NCBI GenBank assembly: GCA_963793425.1
Contig: CAWCAG010000007.1
Span: 64,001 to 128,000, forward strand
Length of the DNA stretch: 64,000 nucleotides
DNA from: an uncultured cyanobacterium
GTDB lineage: Bacteria; Cyanobacteriota; Cyanobacteriia; Cyanobacteriales; CAWCAG01
Reading direction: 5' to 3'
Shown here piece by piece: positions 31,826 through 42,622 of the stretch; the stretch's first letter is position 1, and each line of letters begins with the position of its first letter. Both the position numbers and the translations under genes were made by a program. Under the pieces are notes generated by a model, which worked only from the letters and a program-made list of their open reading frames with translations, was not told the DNA's origin and made no database searches.

Positions 31826-33088
31826 TCAGCCAGTAGCCAAATCTGCCTGTAAGAAATCAATAAACTGTCTTGCTGTACGCCCAGAACGTCCGTTATGCCT
31901 AGTAGCCCATTGTTTGGCATGATATTCTAACTCTTCTGAGGAAAGTTTTATAGCTGCTTGTTTAGCTAAATGATTAACAATGGTGAGATAAGTATCTTGG
32001 TTAGCAGGTTCAAAGGTTAAGGTTAAACCAAAGCGATCGCTAAAAGAGAGTTTTTCTTGCATGGTATCCCAAGCATGGACTTCATCATTATCTCTAGGGC
32101 GGGGGCGATCAGCAAAGAATTCTCTGATTAAATGTCTGCGGTTAGAAGTAGCGTAAACCGCCACATTGTTAGCCCTGGCTGTGACACTGCCTTCTAAAAC
32201 AACTTTCAAAGCTTTGAAAGCATCATCATCTTCCTCAAAAGAAAGATCATCAACAAAAATGATAAATTTTTGAGGTAAGGGGCGTAACTTTTCCACGATT
32301 AAGGACAAATCTTGTAATTGTGACTTGCTTACCTCAACTAAGCGTAAACCGCGATCGCCATACTTTTGTAACAGCCCTTTGACTAAAGATGATTTCCCTG
32401 AACCTCTACTACCATAAAGGAGAACATGGAGAGCATTATAGCCATTAAGAAGGAATTCTGTATTCTTCAGTAAAGCCTCCTTTTGAGACTCGTAACCGAC
32501 AAGGGAGTTTAAGTTAGTGGGATCAGGATTGGCAATACCTACTAAATTATCTTGTTGCCAATTTAAGGCGCGATATTTTCCTAATAAACCAGTACCGTAT
32601 TGACGGTAGTAACTGGCTAATTCTGTTAAGGAATCTGTCCAATTTTCTTGTTGGTGTAAGCAAGTTTTAGTTTCATTTCTTCCTTGCCAAGTAACAGGTT
32701 GTTTTGCTGATGCCGCAACCTCTTTTACCCACAAACTCAACTGTTGTCCCGAACAATTATAAACACTCTGCAAGGCTTGCAAATCTTCCTTAGTTGCAGC
32801 TAATAAAGCAGGGGGTAAATCTGGGAGGGTGCGTTTTTGTACTAGTTGAGAAAAAGGGTTATCATCCTCAAGAATTTGCTGAATTAAGTAATCTTGCCAA
32901 CTTTGCTCCCTTGCTGCTAAAAGCTGAAACCATTTTCCATAAGCTTTCAAGCAAGAGAGGGGGTTGGTTTTTGGTGATTGTAGTGTTTCTAATAAGTTAA
33001 GAAATGCTTGCCCGATGGGATCGCTAAATACAGATTGATATAAAAGTAGGGAAGCGATTTCTTGTTGCAGGGCTTTACTTGAGGCCAT
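31826..33088 (-). CDS. DUF815 family AAA+ ATPase
   Basis: LLYGSRGSGKSS, IIFVDDLSFE, YATSNRRHL, SFSDRFGL and RSGRTARQF. Confidence 0.9.
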   Translation of the reverse strand: MASSKALQQEIASLLLYQSVFSDPIGQAFLNLLETLQSPKTNPLSCLKAYGKWFQLLAAREQSWQDYLIQQILEDDNPFSQLVQKRTLPDLPPALLAATKEDLQALQSVYNCSGQQLSLWVKEVAASAKQPVTWQGRNETKTCLHQQENWTDSLTELASYYRQYGTGLLGKYRALNWQQDNLVGIANPDPTNLNSLVGYESQKEALLKNTEFLLNGYNALHVLLYGSRGSGKSSLVKGLLQKYGDRGLRLVEVSKSQLQDLSLIVEKLRPLPQKFIIFVDDLSFEEDDDAFKALKVVLEGSVTARANNVAVYATSNRRHLIREFFADRPRPRDNDEVHAWDTMQEKLSFSDRFGLTLTFEPANQDTYLTIVNHLAKQAAIKLSSEELEYHAKQWATRHNGRSGRTARQFIDFLQADLATG

Positions 33089-33257
33089 GTTTACTTGAAG
33101 TGCTGGGAATTCTATTTCAGAACCGCTGAAGAGTAAGGATACTTTGTAAAATTGTGTTCAAGAGCGCACCTTCTCCACCATATACAGAATATCATGTCAA
33201 GGAAGAAAAAACAAGACTTTTCCTGAGCTTGAAAGTGATAATATTAATTCTCAAAGC

Positions 33258-33890
33258 TTGCTCTCAAAATCAGGAAACCCCAGTCTAAGAAATGAAGTAA
33301 TTGTACAAACCTACTCCGGTGGCGCTCATTGCTGTAGCAAGTTTTCAATTTATACCTGGCAAGGGGATGGCTTTGCAGCAGAAAACACAGGCTATCTAGA
33401 TGGTATTGGGGGGGAATTTAAGGATCTTGATGGTAACGGGACTAAAGAGTTCTATGCCTTAGACAATGCCTTCTTCTACGCTTTTAGCAGCTATGTAGGG
33501 TCATTTCCCCCTTCCATGATTTTATCCCTAGAAAATGGGCAGTTTGTAGATGTAACCCAGCAATTCCGCCAAGAATTAAAAGGACAAGCATGGCGGATGT
33601 TTCAAACCTTCAGAGAAAGCCAAGCCCAAGGCTATGGAGCAAATGGTATCTTAGCAGGCTATGTAGCTCAAAAGATTTTGTTAGGTGAGTTTGATCAAGG
33701 TTGGGAATTTATGCTGGCTAACTATAATCGTACCTCTGATTGGGGACTCAACATCTACAACGATCAAGGTGATGTGATCGGAACCTACATTGATTTTCCC
33801 ACAGCACTTCGAGCTTTTCTAATTGATTTAGGATATCTTTTGCCTGATGGCACTCCTAATCCTAATCCAAATAGAGGAAAAGCAAACTAG
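33258..33890 (+). CDS. Hypothetical protein, probably 5'-truncated member of a secreted cyanobacterial family
   Basis: EVIVQTYSGGAHCC and an EF-hand-like DLDGNG. Poor TTG start and no signal peptide. The stop codon lies within the MITE end. Confidence 0.55.
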   Translation: MLSKSGNPSLRNEVIVQTYSGGAHCCSKFSIYTWQGDGFAAENTGYLDGIGGEFKDLDGNGTKEFYALDNAFFYAFSSYVGSFPPSMILSLENGQFVDVTQQFRQELKGQAWRMFQTFRESQAQGYGANGILAGYVAQKILLGEFDQGWEFMLANYNRTSDWGLNIYNDQGDVIGTYIDFPTALRAFLIDLGYLLPDGTPNPNPNRGKAN

Positions 33891-33995
33891 TGGTCTGTCA
33901 TTTTTGCTTTTGTGCGTTAACAATCTCTAAAACTCTTTTAGGACAAGGTATAAAAAAGCGAGTAACCCATATTATCGAGATTGACAGACCACTAG
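33887..33995. mobile_element. MITE-like element (109 bp) with 14-bp perfect terminal inverted repeats
   Basis: CTAGTGGTCTGTCA (33887-33900) and TGACAGACCACTAG (33982-33995); no internal ORF. Confidence 0.75.
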
Positions 33996-34064
33996 ACTAA
34001 CTTGATGTGGAAAAAAGCTCAGTTTGAACGCCTCTTAGCTGATTGAGATAAATTCTGTATAGGC

Positions 34065-34135
34065 AAAAAAAGGTGGAAGCCACCAGCAAAAGCGCTTCCA
34101 CCAAGAGTACCAAAACCTGAAGAGGTTGTTATGCA
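34065..34135 (-). ncRNA. Candidate small RNA (or distal radA terminator)
   Basis: Minus strand GCATAACAACCTCTTCAGGTTTTGGTACTCTT, then a GGTGGAAGC/GCTTCCACC stem and T7. TATTGTATAAG lies just upstream. Confidence 0.4.
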
Positions 34136-34380
34136 TACCTTATACAATAGGGTCTTCGAGCTTTTTAGTCAGTGAGATAGGTACATCAAAGAGGTGAGTT
34201 TTAGAGGCTAATCTGGTGAATTTTATCGGCTTAAAGTATGACTAATTCAGTGAATTTTTGTAATCTGAGTCACAAGGGTAGTTAAGTAACTGGCGATCGC
34301 AAAGCCTCCTGCAACGCTCAATTGAGCAAATCGTTTAGTAAGAAAAAGTATCACTTATAACTCGCTGCTGCTCCGTACTA

Positions 34381-35906
34381 TTAATTTTCTTCTCCCTCAT
34401 CCATAGCAAAACTTTCCCTGCTACCACCAAAATTAGCCTGGGGAGGAATAGCTGCCACGATCGCATCAATAACTTTAGATACAGGAATAATTTCTAAACC
34501 AAGATCGGTTGGATAAGTTTGTCCGTGGGGAACAATTGCACGACGAAAACCTAACTTGGCCGCCTCTTTCAGCCTTAATTCCATTTGCCCCACTAACCTT
34601 ACCTGCCCCCCTAAACCAACTTCTCCAATCAAAACCGTGCGAGTATCAACAATGCGATCCCGGAAACTAGCAACCACAGCAATAGCTACCCCCAAGTCGG
34701 CTGCTGGCTCTGCTACTCCTAGGCCCCCTGCCGAAGCTACATAAGCATCAAGCTTAGAAAGAGGAATACCAACTCGTTTTTCCAACACAGCGAGGATCTG
34801 TTGCAAGCGGCTATAATCAACTCCGGTGGTAGAACGACGGGGAGAAGCGTAACTGGTGGGGCTAACAAGGGCCTGCAATTCTACCATCAAAGAACGGGTT
34901 CCTTCACAAGCAACCACTGTAGCTGAACCGGGGGAAGCTTCTTCTCTGTTACCTAAAAATAACTCCGAAGGATTAGATACCTCTGCTAAGCCACTTTCTA
35001 CCATTTCAAAAATACCAATCTCATGGGTAGAGCCAAAACGGTTTTTCACCGAACGCAGGAGGCGATGAGAAGCATAGCGATCGCCTTCAAAATAGAGTAC
35101 TGTATCAACCAAATGTTCCAAAACTCTTGCCCGGCGATCGCCCCTTCTTTGGTAACATGGCCCACAATTAATAAAGAAATATTTTCCCGCTTAGCAACTT
35201 GCATCAAAGCCGAAGTACATTCCCGTACCTGTGCCACACTACCAGGAGCAGAAGTAAGGGAAGCAAAATAAAGGGTTTGAATACTATCAATAACTGCCAC
35301 TACGGGTTTAAGGGATTCCAATTCCCGAAGAATTTCTTCTAAATCTGTTTCTGGCAACACATAAAGGTCAGGCTCAGTACTTTTCTTTTTTGCCCTAGAA
35401 GATTTACCATTAGATTGCTCTGGATTAGGCTGCAATTCTTCACCAGTCCACAAACGGGAAGCCCGAAGTTTAACCTGCTGCCCTGACTCTTCTGCTGAAA
35501 CATAAAGAACACGATGCTTTTTTTGTGCCAATTGATGGGCGGTTTGTAGCAACAAGGTTGATTTACCAATACCAGGATCACCACCAATCAAAACTAAAGA
35601 ACCTGGTACAACTCCTCCCCCTAATACTCGGTTAAATTCTTCGTAACCAGAATCAATTCTCTGTTGAACATCAGAAGAGATATCAGAAAACTTCACCGAA
35701 GCACGGGGTTGTGCCGCACCTTTGGTTTTGGTATTTTGGTGGGTACGAGATTGCCATCCTCCTCGACTCACTTGCAAAGAGTCACTGGGGGCAACTAGCT
35801 GCTCTTCCAGAGTGCCATAGGTTCCACAGCTTGGACATTTACCAAACCATTGAGCAGAGTCTGCACCGCATTCACTACAAACGTAGACAGTTTTAGCTTT
35901 GGGCAT
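34381..35906 (-). CDS. radA: DNA repair protein RadA/Sms; -1 frameshift near 35128-35132 (probable sequence error)
   Basis: CSECG/CPSCG zinc finger, GDPGIGKST and KNRFG. Adding one C restores AIAGPRVLEHLVD. Confidence 0.93.
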
Positions 35907-36133
35907 TTTACGTTTTGTTAAAAAATATCACTAATTGAAAGCAAATCTGCTTACCAAAAAAATAAAGCCAATCTTAAAAAATCTTTATCTTTAGGCAGCC
36001 AACTAACAAATTAAGCTTGAAACCCTACGAGAAAGAGATATTCTATATAAACGAGGTACTAAAAAACACCGTCGTACTTAAAATTTAACTTAATGTTTAG
36101 TAATCTCTCGCAAGATAAGGAGTGTCGAGTTAC

Positions 36134-36865
36134 TTGGAAACCCATAAAGAAAAAATCCTAGTAGTCGATGACGAGGCTAGTATCAGACGTATCTTAGAAA
36201 CCAGACTTTCTATGATTGGTTACGATGTCGTTACGGCTGCCGACGGGGAAGAAGCCCTAGATACTTTCCGTAATGCTGACCCAGACTTAGTTGTCTTGGA
36301 TGTTATGATGCCAAAGCTTGATGGCTATGGCGTATGTCAGGAATTACGCAAAGAATCCGATATACCTATTATTATGCTAACTGCTCTAGGAGATGTTGCA
36401 GATAGGATTACCGGTTTAGAACTAGGGGCAGATGATTATGTTGTCAAGCCTTTTTCCCCAAAAGAATTAGAAGCAAGAATTCGCTCAGTCCTCAGACGAG
36501 TGGAAAAAAATGGGACTCCTGGAATTCCTAGTTCTGGAGTGATTCATGTCGGTTCAATTAAAATTGATACGAATAAGCGACAAGTCTATAAAGGCGACGA
36601 ACGCATTCGCTTAACAGGAATGGAGTTCAGCTTATTGGAGTTATTAGTTAGCCGTTCAGGAGAACCCTTTTCTCGCTCAGAAATTCTCCAAGAAGTTTGG
36701 GGTTATACCCCTGAACGTCATGTTGATACCAGAGTAGTTGACGTTCATATTTCTAGGTTGAGGGCGAAATTAGAAGATGATCCTAGCAATCCAGAATTAA
36801 TTCTGACTGCTAGGGGAACGGGTTATTTGTTTCAAAGAATCTTGGAAGCAGGGGAGGAGTTGTGA
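36134..36865 (+). CDS. rpaB: OmpR-family response regulator RpaB
   Basis: KEKILVVDDEASIRRILETRLSMIGY, WGYTPERHVDTRVVDVHISRLR and LILTARGTGY. TTG at 36134 likely start (GTG at 36122 alternative). Confidence 0.95.
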   Translation: METHKEKILVVDDEASIRRILETRLSMIGYDVVTAADGEEALDTFRNADPDLVVLDVMMPKLDGYGVCQELRKESDIPIIMLTALGDVADRITGLELGADDYVVKPFSPKELEARIRSVLRRVEKNGTPGIPSSGVIHVGSIKIDTNKRQVYKGDERIRLTGMEFSLLELLVSRSGEPFSRSEILQEVWGYTPERHVDTRVVDVHISRLRAKLEDDPSNPELILTARGTGYLFQRILEAGEEL

Positions 36866-36950
36866 TGGGGAACTGCGGAAATGGGGTTCGCGTAAGCGTT
36901 GTCGTTAGACTACTAGGGAGCTAGGGAACTGGGGAAATAGGATGAATAAT

Positions 36951-37005
36951 TAGCAACTAGCCATTAGCAACTAGCAACTAGCAACTAGCGATTAGCGACT
37001 AGCAA
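36951..37005. repeat. STRR heptamer array (TAGCAAC-like)
   Basis: About eight imperfect TAGC(A/G/C)A(C/T) units. Confidence 0.8.
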
Positions 37006-37008
37006 AAC

Positions 37009-37992
37009 TTAACTATATAAATCAGCTACATACTCTCCATAACCGTTATAAAGAAGAGTTTCCTTCTTCTCCCAACTTAAATTTGGCCCTTTACTAATAA
37101 ACTTCTCTGTGGCTTGTGACCAACGAGGATGGGGAACTTGTGGTTCAACATTAGCCTCAAAGCCATACTCATTAGGGGCAATAGTGTTCCAGTAGGTATC
37201 GGGCTGATTATCTACAAACTCGATTTTGACAATAGATTTAGCTCCTTTAAAACCGTATTTCCAGGGTAAAACGGCCCTAATTGGCGCACCATGTTGTTTT
37301 GGTAATAGGTGGCCATAAATACCTACAGCAAAGAAGGCTAACTCATTGGCCATTTCTTCAATACGCAAGCCTTCATGATAAGGCCAAGGAAGGGAACCGA
37401 GGTGCAAGCCAGGGCCTGTAGTAATTTGAGGATCATAAAAAGAGGTAAAACGAACAAACTTAGCTTTAGAAGTAGGATCAACATCTTTGAGTAAAGCCTT
37501 CATCGGAAAACCCAACCAAGGTAAAACCATTGACCAAGCTTCAACACAGCGGAAACGGTGAATTCTCTCTTCTAAAGGAAACTTTTTTTTAAGAGTATCT
37601 AAATCATAGGTTTGAGGGTTATTCACCAATCCACCTACCTCAACTTGCCAATCTTCGGTAGGTAAATTTTGCGCTTTAAGCCAAATTCCTTTATTCCCCC
37701 CGAACTCATAAAAATTATTATATTTACCTGCTAACAATTCATCAGTAATTGGTCGATTTACCTTGGCAAAATCTTGATTAGTTTTAACTCCTTTTATTTT
37801 TGCTAAATCCAGGGTTGCAGCTAAAGCTTTTTCCGAAGCAGACTGCTGACAACTAGCAAGGGGTAGCAAAGTACCACCAATACCTGCCCCTACCAAAGTT
37901 TTGAGAAAGCGACGGCGGTTGAGATAAGAAGTCCGGTTAGTAACTTCTGCTTCGGAAATTTGCCAAGATTGAGGAATGCGAATCAGGGTCAT
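37009..37992 (-). CDS. msrP: Protein-methionine-sulfoxide reductase catalytic subunit MsrP (YedY)
   Basis: Tat motif NRRRFLK, YNNFYEFG, RFRCVEAWSMV, PWKYGFKG and HPRWSQA. Confidence 0.93.
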   Translation of the reverse strand: MTLIRIPQSWQISEAEVTNRTSYLNRRRFLKTLVGAGIGGTLLPLASCQQSASEKALAATLDLAKIKGVKTNQDFAKVNRPITDELLAGKYNNFYEFGGNKGIWLKAQNLPTEDWQVEVGGLVNNPQTYDLDTLKKKFPLEERIHRFRCVEAWSMVLPWLGFPMKALLKDVDPTSKAKFVRFTSFYDPQITTGPGLHLGSLPWPYHEGLRIEEMANELAFFAVGIYGHLLPKQHGAPIRAVLPWKYGFKGAKSIVKIEFVDNQPDTYWNTIAPNEYGFEANVEPQVPHPRWSQATEKFISKGPNLSWEKKETLLYNGYGEYVADLYS

Positions 37993-38365
37993 AAAAATTA
38001 GGTTCAATAGCGATGAGTAATATTACTCGTCAATACACTTAGAAAGGTGACTGATTAAGAGTTGCCACCTTTTTATAAGATATCAAGCTTAATAAAACCT
38101 TACAAAAATTAGCGCTTACCTTTTAAGTTTCTTTATTCTACTTCAGACATAAGGCTTGCGCCCCTAAATTTTCAGTTCAAAACTAGACACAATAACCCTC
38201 AACAAACCATTTTCTTCACCTGATAAGCACTCCTTTTTTGTACGATAAGTTCATAAGCATCATAAATAATGAGATTGCCGTAAATTAATCGACCAATTGC
38301 TTGCTACCAGACCAAATCTAGAGAACAAATGAATTAATTCTTACCGAACCGGGAGAAAGGGGATT

Positions 38366-40378
38366 TTGCCAAGGAAAAAACCACAAACGAAATTAAAGAG
38401 CATCTCAAATTCTGTGTTGGCAGATTTGCTCAAAATGTTACCGAATTGGCGGCAACAGATGTACTTTAAATCTTCCTTAACTGCTCTTTCCCACGCCATG
38501 GAAGATTTGGTCTTGGCTAGTTCTGAGGAAACTTTGGTAATTGCTAGTTTCCAACGGGAGCGTTTTTATCGTCAAGAAGCCAATCGCTACAGGCGCATTG
38601 CCGAAAAAAGCACTCAAGTTTATGTACTAGCAGCGCCAGAAACGGATTTTGAGAATAGCTCAGAACTATATGAAACAGTTGCTTTTGGTACTGAAGATGC
38701 CTTGTGTTTAGAATGGCATTTAGTGGCAGTTTCCCAGCAATATGCTACTTGCTTGATTTGCCGAGAAAAATTATCCCCAGAAGCTGATTCTCCTCGTCCC
38801 GAAGGAGATGTTAACAGGGTGGATTCTTCCCGTCGCTTTGAAGGAGTCTGGACTTTTGATCGTCAAGTGAGTTGTTATGCTGCTGAGATATTACTCCAGC
38901 GTATTAGTGATTATCGCCCGGAGTTGGTAGAAAAAATTGAGCAAGCCAGAGAAATTTACCTGCGGGAAACTTTAGCAACAGCACAAATAGCGGAACTTTT
39001 GCAACAAGCTTCTCCTTCGGCCCATCCTGACCCTTTTGTACAAAGGTTAGTAACTTATCTTCAAGCGGGACAATACAAACTTCTTAAAGCTTACCGTTCC
39101 ATTGCTGCCAAACAAGAAAGAGAGCGTTTGCTCCATTCTATGACCGTTGCTATTCGGCGATCGCTTAATCCTGAAGAAATTCTCCAAGTAGCTGTACGGG
39201 AGTTAGGGAAAGCCTTAGACAGTTGTCGAACCTTAATTTATAGGTGTCAAGAAGATGATAAGACAGCAACTTTAAACCACGAATTCTTAGCTCCTCAGAT
39301 TGAGTCTTTACAAGGGAGACAATGGCCTCTCAAAAATAATCCCCTCCTGCAACAAGTCATCAAACAGAAAGAATCTCTTCAGTTTGAAGATGTTCTCCAA
39401 GACTCCCGCATCACCGGAGAATCTCTTCACAGCTTGCTGCAACGTTGTGGCCTTGTTTCTTGGCTCATGGTTCCAGTTCTCTATCAAGACCGACTCCTGG
39501 GCATGGTAGAGCTGCATCACTGCCATCCTGACGGGATTCAGTGGGCAGAAGAAGAAGTTACTTTAGTCGAGGCGATCGCAACTCAAGTTGGGGTAGCCCT
39601 AATTCAAGCTGAAGCCTATGCTAACCTGGAAGACCTCAATCAACAGCTAGAGGCCCTCGACCGCACTCGGAGCAACCTAGTAGCCATCACCGGCCACGAA
39701 TTGCGTACTCCCCTCTCCACCATCCAAATTTGTTTAGAAAGCTTAGCCAGCGAACCGGATATGCCACCGGAATTACGCCAAACAATGCTTAGCACAGCCC
39801 TTAGCGATGCTGAAAGGATGCGGAAGTTAGTACAGGATTTTCTGACCCTTTCCCGCTTAGAAGGTGGTCGAGTGGAATGGAATCCAGAACCTCTATCCTT
39901 AAGGGAATGTATTGATTTGGCCCTGAGCAATGTTAGAGCCAGGAACCGGAAACAAGAAATCCCTGACTTAACAATCGCCAACTTACCCAACCTTCCCTTA
40001 GTTCAAGCAGACGGAGAATGGTTGGTAGAGGTATTAGCCAAACTTTTAGACAACGCTTGTAAATTTACTTCCTCAGAGGGGCAAGTGATCATTGGAGCCA
40101 AAACCAACGGTACTCAAATGATTGATGTCACTGTAGCTGATACAGGTAGAGGTATTGAAGCCACTCGCTTAGAAACCGTATTTGACCGCTTTTATCAAGA
40201 AGAAGGAGCCTTACGACGCACCACAGGGGGAACAGGATTAGGATTAGCAATCTGTCGCCAAATTGTCAGGGGTTGGGGAGGAAAAATTTGGGCTGAGTCT
40301 CAAGGTAAAGAAAAGGGTTGTAAATTTCACTTCACAGTCCCTATAGCCAACGGCAATTCCAGTTATCCAAACCCCTAA
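38366..40378 (+). CDS. DICT-GAF histidine kinase
   Basis: DICT motifs YFKSSLTALSHAMED and FQRERFYRQE, a GAF domain, GHELRTPLS, LDNACKFT and GGTGLGLAI. Start uncertain. Confidence 0.88.
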   Translation: MPRKKPQTKLKSISNSVLADLLKMLPNWRQQMYFKSSLTALSHAMEDLVLASSEETLVIASFQRERFYRQEANRYRRIAEKSTQVYVLAAPETDFENSSELYETVAFGTEDALCLEWHLVAVSQQYATCLICREKLSPEADSPRPEGDVNRVDSSRRFEGVWTFDRQVSCYAAEILLQRISDYRPELVEKIEQAREIYLRETLATAQIAELLQQASPSAHPDPFVQRLVTYLQAGQYKLLKAYRSIAAKQERERLLHSMTVAIRRSLNPEEILQVAVRELGKALDSCRTLIYRCQEDDKTATLNHEFLAPQIESLQGRQWPLKNNPLLQQVIKQKESLQFEDVLQDSRITGESLHSLLQRCGLVSWLMVPVLYQDRLLGMVELHHCHPDGIQWAEEEVTLVEAIATQVGVALIQAEAYANLEDLNQQLEALDRTRSNLVAITGHELRTPLSTIQICLESLASEPDMPPELRQTMLSTALSDAERMRKLVQDFLTLSRLEGGRVEWNPEPLSLRECIDLALSNVRARNRKQEIPDLTIANLPNLPLVQADGEWLVEVLAKLLDNACKFTSSEGQVIIGAKTNGTQMIDVTVADTGRGIEATRLETVFDRFYQEEGALRRTTGGTGLGLAICRQIVRGWGGKIWAESQGKEKGCKFHFTVPIANGNSSYPNP

Positions 40379-40429
40379 CGAAGGCTAAACCCCAACAATC
40401 AAAAAACAAGTCACCAAATGCCAACAACT

Positions 40430-40479
40430 GTTACAGTTCTTGACAGTTTTAAAAAGGGAGATTTCTTCGGTGATAGCAT
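40430..40479 (+). promoter_or_regulatory. HLR1 (RpaB) direct repeat and extended -10 of psaD
   Basis: GTTACAGT-TC-TTGACAGT (40430-47) and TG-A-TAGCAT (40471-79). HLR1 lies at about -56 to -39, the activating position known for PSI genes. Confidence 0.6.
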
Positions 40480-40510
40480 TCCCTTGATACTCTTTAAATA
40501 AATAAGGAAC

Positions 40511-40939
40511 ATGGCAGAAGAACTTTCTGGAAAAACTCCTATATTTGGTGGTAGCACTGGCGGCTTACTTTTAGCCGCTGAGCAAGAAGAGAAATACGCT
40601 ATTACTTGGACTAGCTCTAAAGAGCAAGTTTTTGAGATGCCCACAGGGGGCGCTGCAATTATGCACGGTGGAGAAAACTTGCTTTATTTAGCTCGTAAGG
40701 AACAGTGTTTAGCTCTAGGAGCCCAATTTAGGACTCAATTTAAGCCTAGGATTCAAGATTATAAAATTTATCGAATCTATCCTAGTGGCGAAGTTCAGTA
40801 TCTCCATCCCGCTGATGGTGTCTTCCCTGAGAAGGTTAATGAAGGTCGTCCTTATGAAGGCAAAAAAGATCGTAAGATTGGCAATAACCCAGAACCAGCA
40901 CCTCTGAAATTCTCCGGTAAAGCTCCTTACGAAGTTTAA
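40511..40939 (+). CDS. psaD: Photosystem I subunit II
   Basis: [27 protein letters not shown] and [12 protein letters not shown]. Confidence 0.99.
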   Translation: MAEELSGKTPIFGGSTGGLLLAAEQEEKYAITWTSSKEQVFEMPTGGAAIMHGGENLLYLARKEQCLALGAQFRTQFKPRIQDYKIYRIYPSGEVQYLHPADGVFPEKVNEGRPYEGKKDRKIGNNPEPAPLKFSGKAPYEV

Positions 40940-40943
40940 ATGT

Positions 40944-41063
40944 AGCTAATGGCTAATGGCTAATAGTGAGTAGGTAATAGGTAATGGGTAATAGGTAATG
41001 CTTTTTTCCTGATTTCCTAGCCTTCTACCTACCTACTCCCTACTCCCTGCTCCCTACTCCCTT
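40944..41063. repeat. Mixed STRR heptamers (GCTAATG, GGTAAT(A/G), CTCCCT(A/G))
   Basis: Short tandem heptamer runs between psaD and trpE. Confidence 0.7.
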
Positions 41064-41069
41064 CTTCTT

Positions 41070-42608
41070 ATGATTTTTCCTGAATTTTCTGAGTTTTCAG
41101 ACCTAGCACAACAAGGTAATTTTGTTCCGGTTTATCAAGAGTGGGTAGCAGATTTAGAAACCCCTGTATCCGCTTGGTACAAAATTTGTGCCGGGCAGCC
41201 TTACAGTTTTTTGTTGGAATCAGTAGAAGCAGGAGAAAAATTAGGGCGTTATAGTTTCCTGGGCTGCGATCCTATGTGGATTTTACAAGCGAAAGGAAAT
41301 ACTAACACTCAGTTTAATCGCGATGGTTCTATTGACATCTATGAAGGTAATCCTTTTGAAGTTCTGAGTCAGTGCTTAGCCAGCATCAAGCCTGTTAACA
41401 TCCCTCAACTGCCGCCGGGAATTGGCGGTTTATTTGGCTTTTGGGGCTATGAATTAATTACTTGGACAGAACCCACCGTACCAATTTATGAAGCTACTGC
41501 TGAGGATTTACCAGATGGTGTCTGGATGCAGGTAGATAATTTGATTGTCTTCGATCAAGTGAAGCGGAAAATTTGGGCAATTTCCTATGCTGATTTACGA
41601 AACCCAGAAATAGAACTCCAGCAAGCTTATCAACAAGCCTGCGATCGCGTCACAAAGCTGATGGTTAAGCTACAACTACCTCTGCCTTTAGAAGCAAAAG
41701 CCTTGGAATGGACTCCCCGCTCAACCAGCAACAGCAACCTTTCTGGAGATTTAGCTTGGGAAAGTAATACTTCCCGTGCTGATTTTTGTCTCAATGTTGA
41801 GAAAGCCAAAGAATATATCCAGGCTGGAGATATTTTTCAAGTAGTTCTTTCCCAGCGTCTCCAGTCGAGTTACCACGGTGATCCTTTTAATCTTTATCGT
41901 TCTTTACGGGTCATTAATCCTTCTCCCTATATGTCTTACTATAATTTCGGAGATTGGCAGCTAATTGGCTCTTCTCCGGAAGTTATGGTTAAAGCAGAAG
42001 TTGAGTACGAAAAAGAAATCAAAGCGACCTTACGCCCCATTGCGGGTACAAGGAGGCGAGGAAAAACAGTAGTTGAAGACCTAGAGTTAGCTGAAGAATT
42101 ACTCGAAGATCCCAAAGAAGTAGCTGAGCATATTATGTTGGTGGATCTGGGGCGTAACGATTTAGGGAGGGTCTGCCAACATGGTGAAGTAAGTGTAGAT
42201 CAATTGATGACTATCGAACGCTATTCCCATGTCATGCACATCGTCAGCAACGTGATCGGGAAATTACAACCCGGTAAGACAGCCTGGGATTTGTTGAAAG
42301 CCTGCTTCCCAGCAGGAACCGTAAGCGGCGCACCCAAAATAAGAGCCATGGAAATTATCCATGAATTAGAGCCAGAGAGAAGGGGACCTTACTCTGGAGC
42401 TTACGGTTATTACGATTTTGAAGGCCAGCTCAACAGTGCTATTACCATTCGCACTATGGTAGTACGCTCAGACAAACCTAATCAGCAGATTGTTTCTGTA
42501 CAAGCTGGTGCTGGTTTAGTGGCCGATTCCCAACCAGAGAAGGAATACGAAGAAACATTGAATAAAGCAAGAGGTTTATTAGAGGCTATTCTTTGCTTGC
42601 AAGGTTAG
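41070..42608 (+). CDS. trpE: Anthranilate synthase component I
   Basis: FLLESVE, GDIFQVVLSQR, NPSPYM, RPIAGTR, AEHIMLVDLGRND and GTVSGAPKIRAM. Confidence 0.95.
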   Translation: MIFPEFSEFSDLAQQGNFVPVYQEWVADLETPVSAWYKICAGQPYSFLLESVEAGEKLGRYSFLGCDPMWILQAKGNTNTQFNRDGSIDIYEGNPFEVLSQCLASIKPVNIPQLPPGIGGLFGFWGYELITWTEPTVPIYEATAEDLPDGVWMQVDNLIVFDQVKRKIWAISYADLRNPEIELQQAYQQACDRVTKLMVKLQLPLPLEAKALEWTPRSTSNSNLSGDLAWESNTSRADFCLNVEKAKEYIQAGDIFQVVLSQRLQSSYHGDPFNLYRSLRVINPSPYMSYYNFGDWQLIGSSPEVMVKAEVEYEKEIKATLRPIAGTRRRGKTVVEDLELAEELLEDPKEVAEHIMLVDLGRNDLGRVCQHGEVSVDQLMTIERYSHVMHIVSNVIGKLQPGKTAWDLLKACFPAGTVSGAPKIRAMEIIHELEPERRGPYSGAYGYYDFEGQLNSAITIRTMVVRSDKPNQQIVSVQAGAGLVADSQPEKEYEETLNKARGLLEAILCLQG

Positions 42609-42622
42609 AGCATCAAGAAAAT

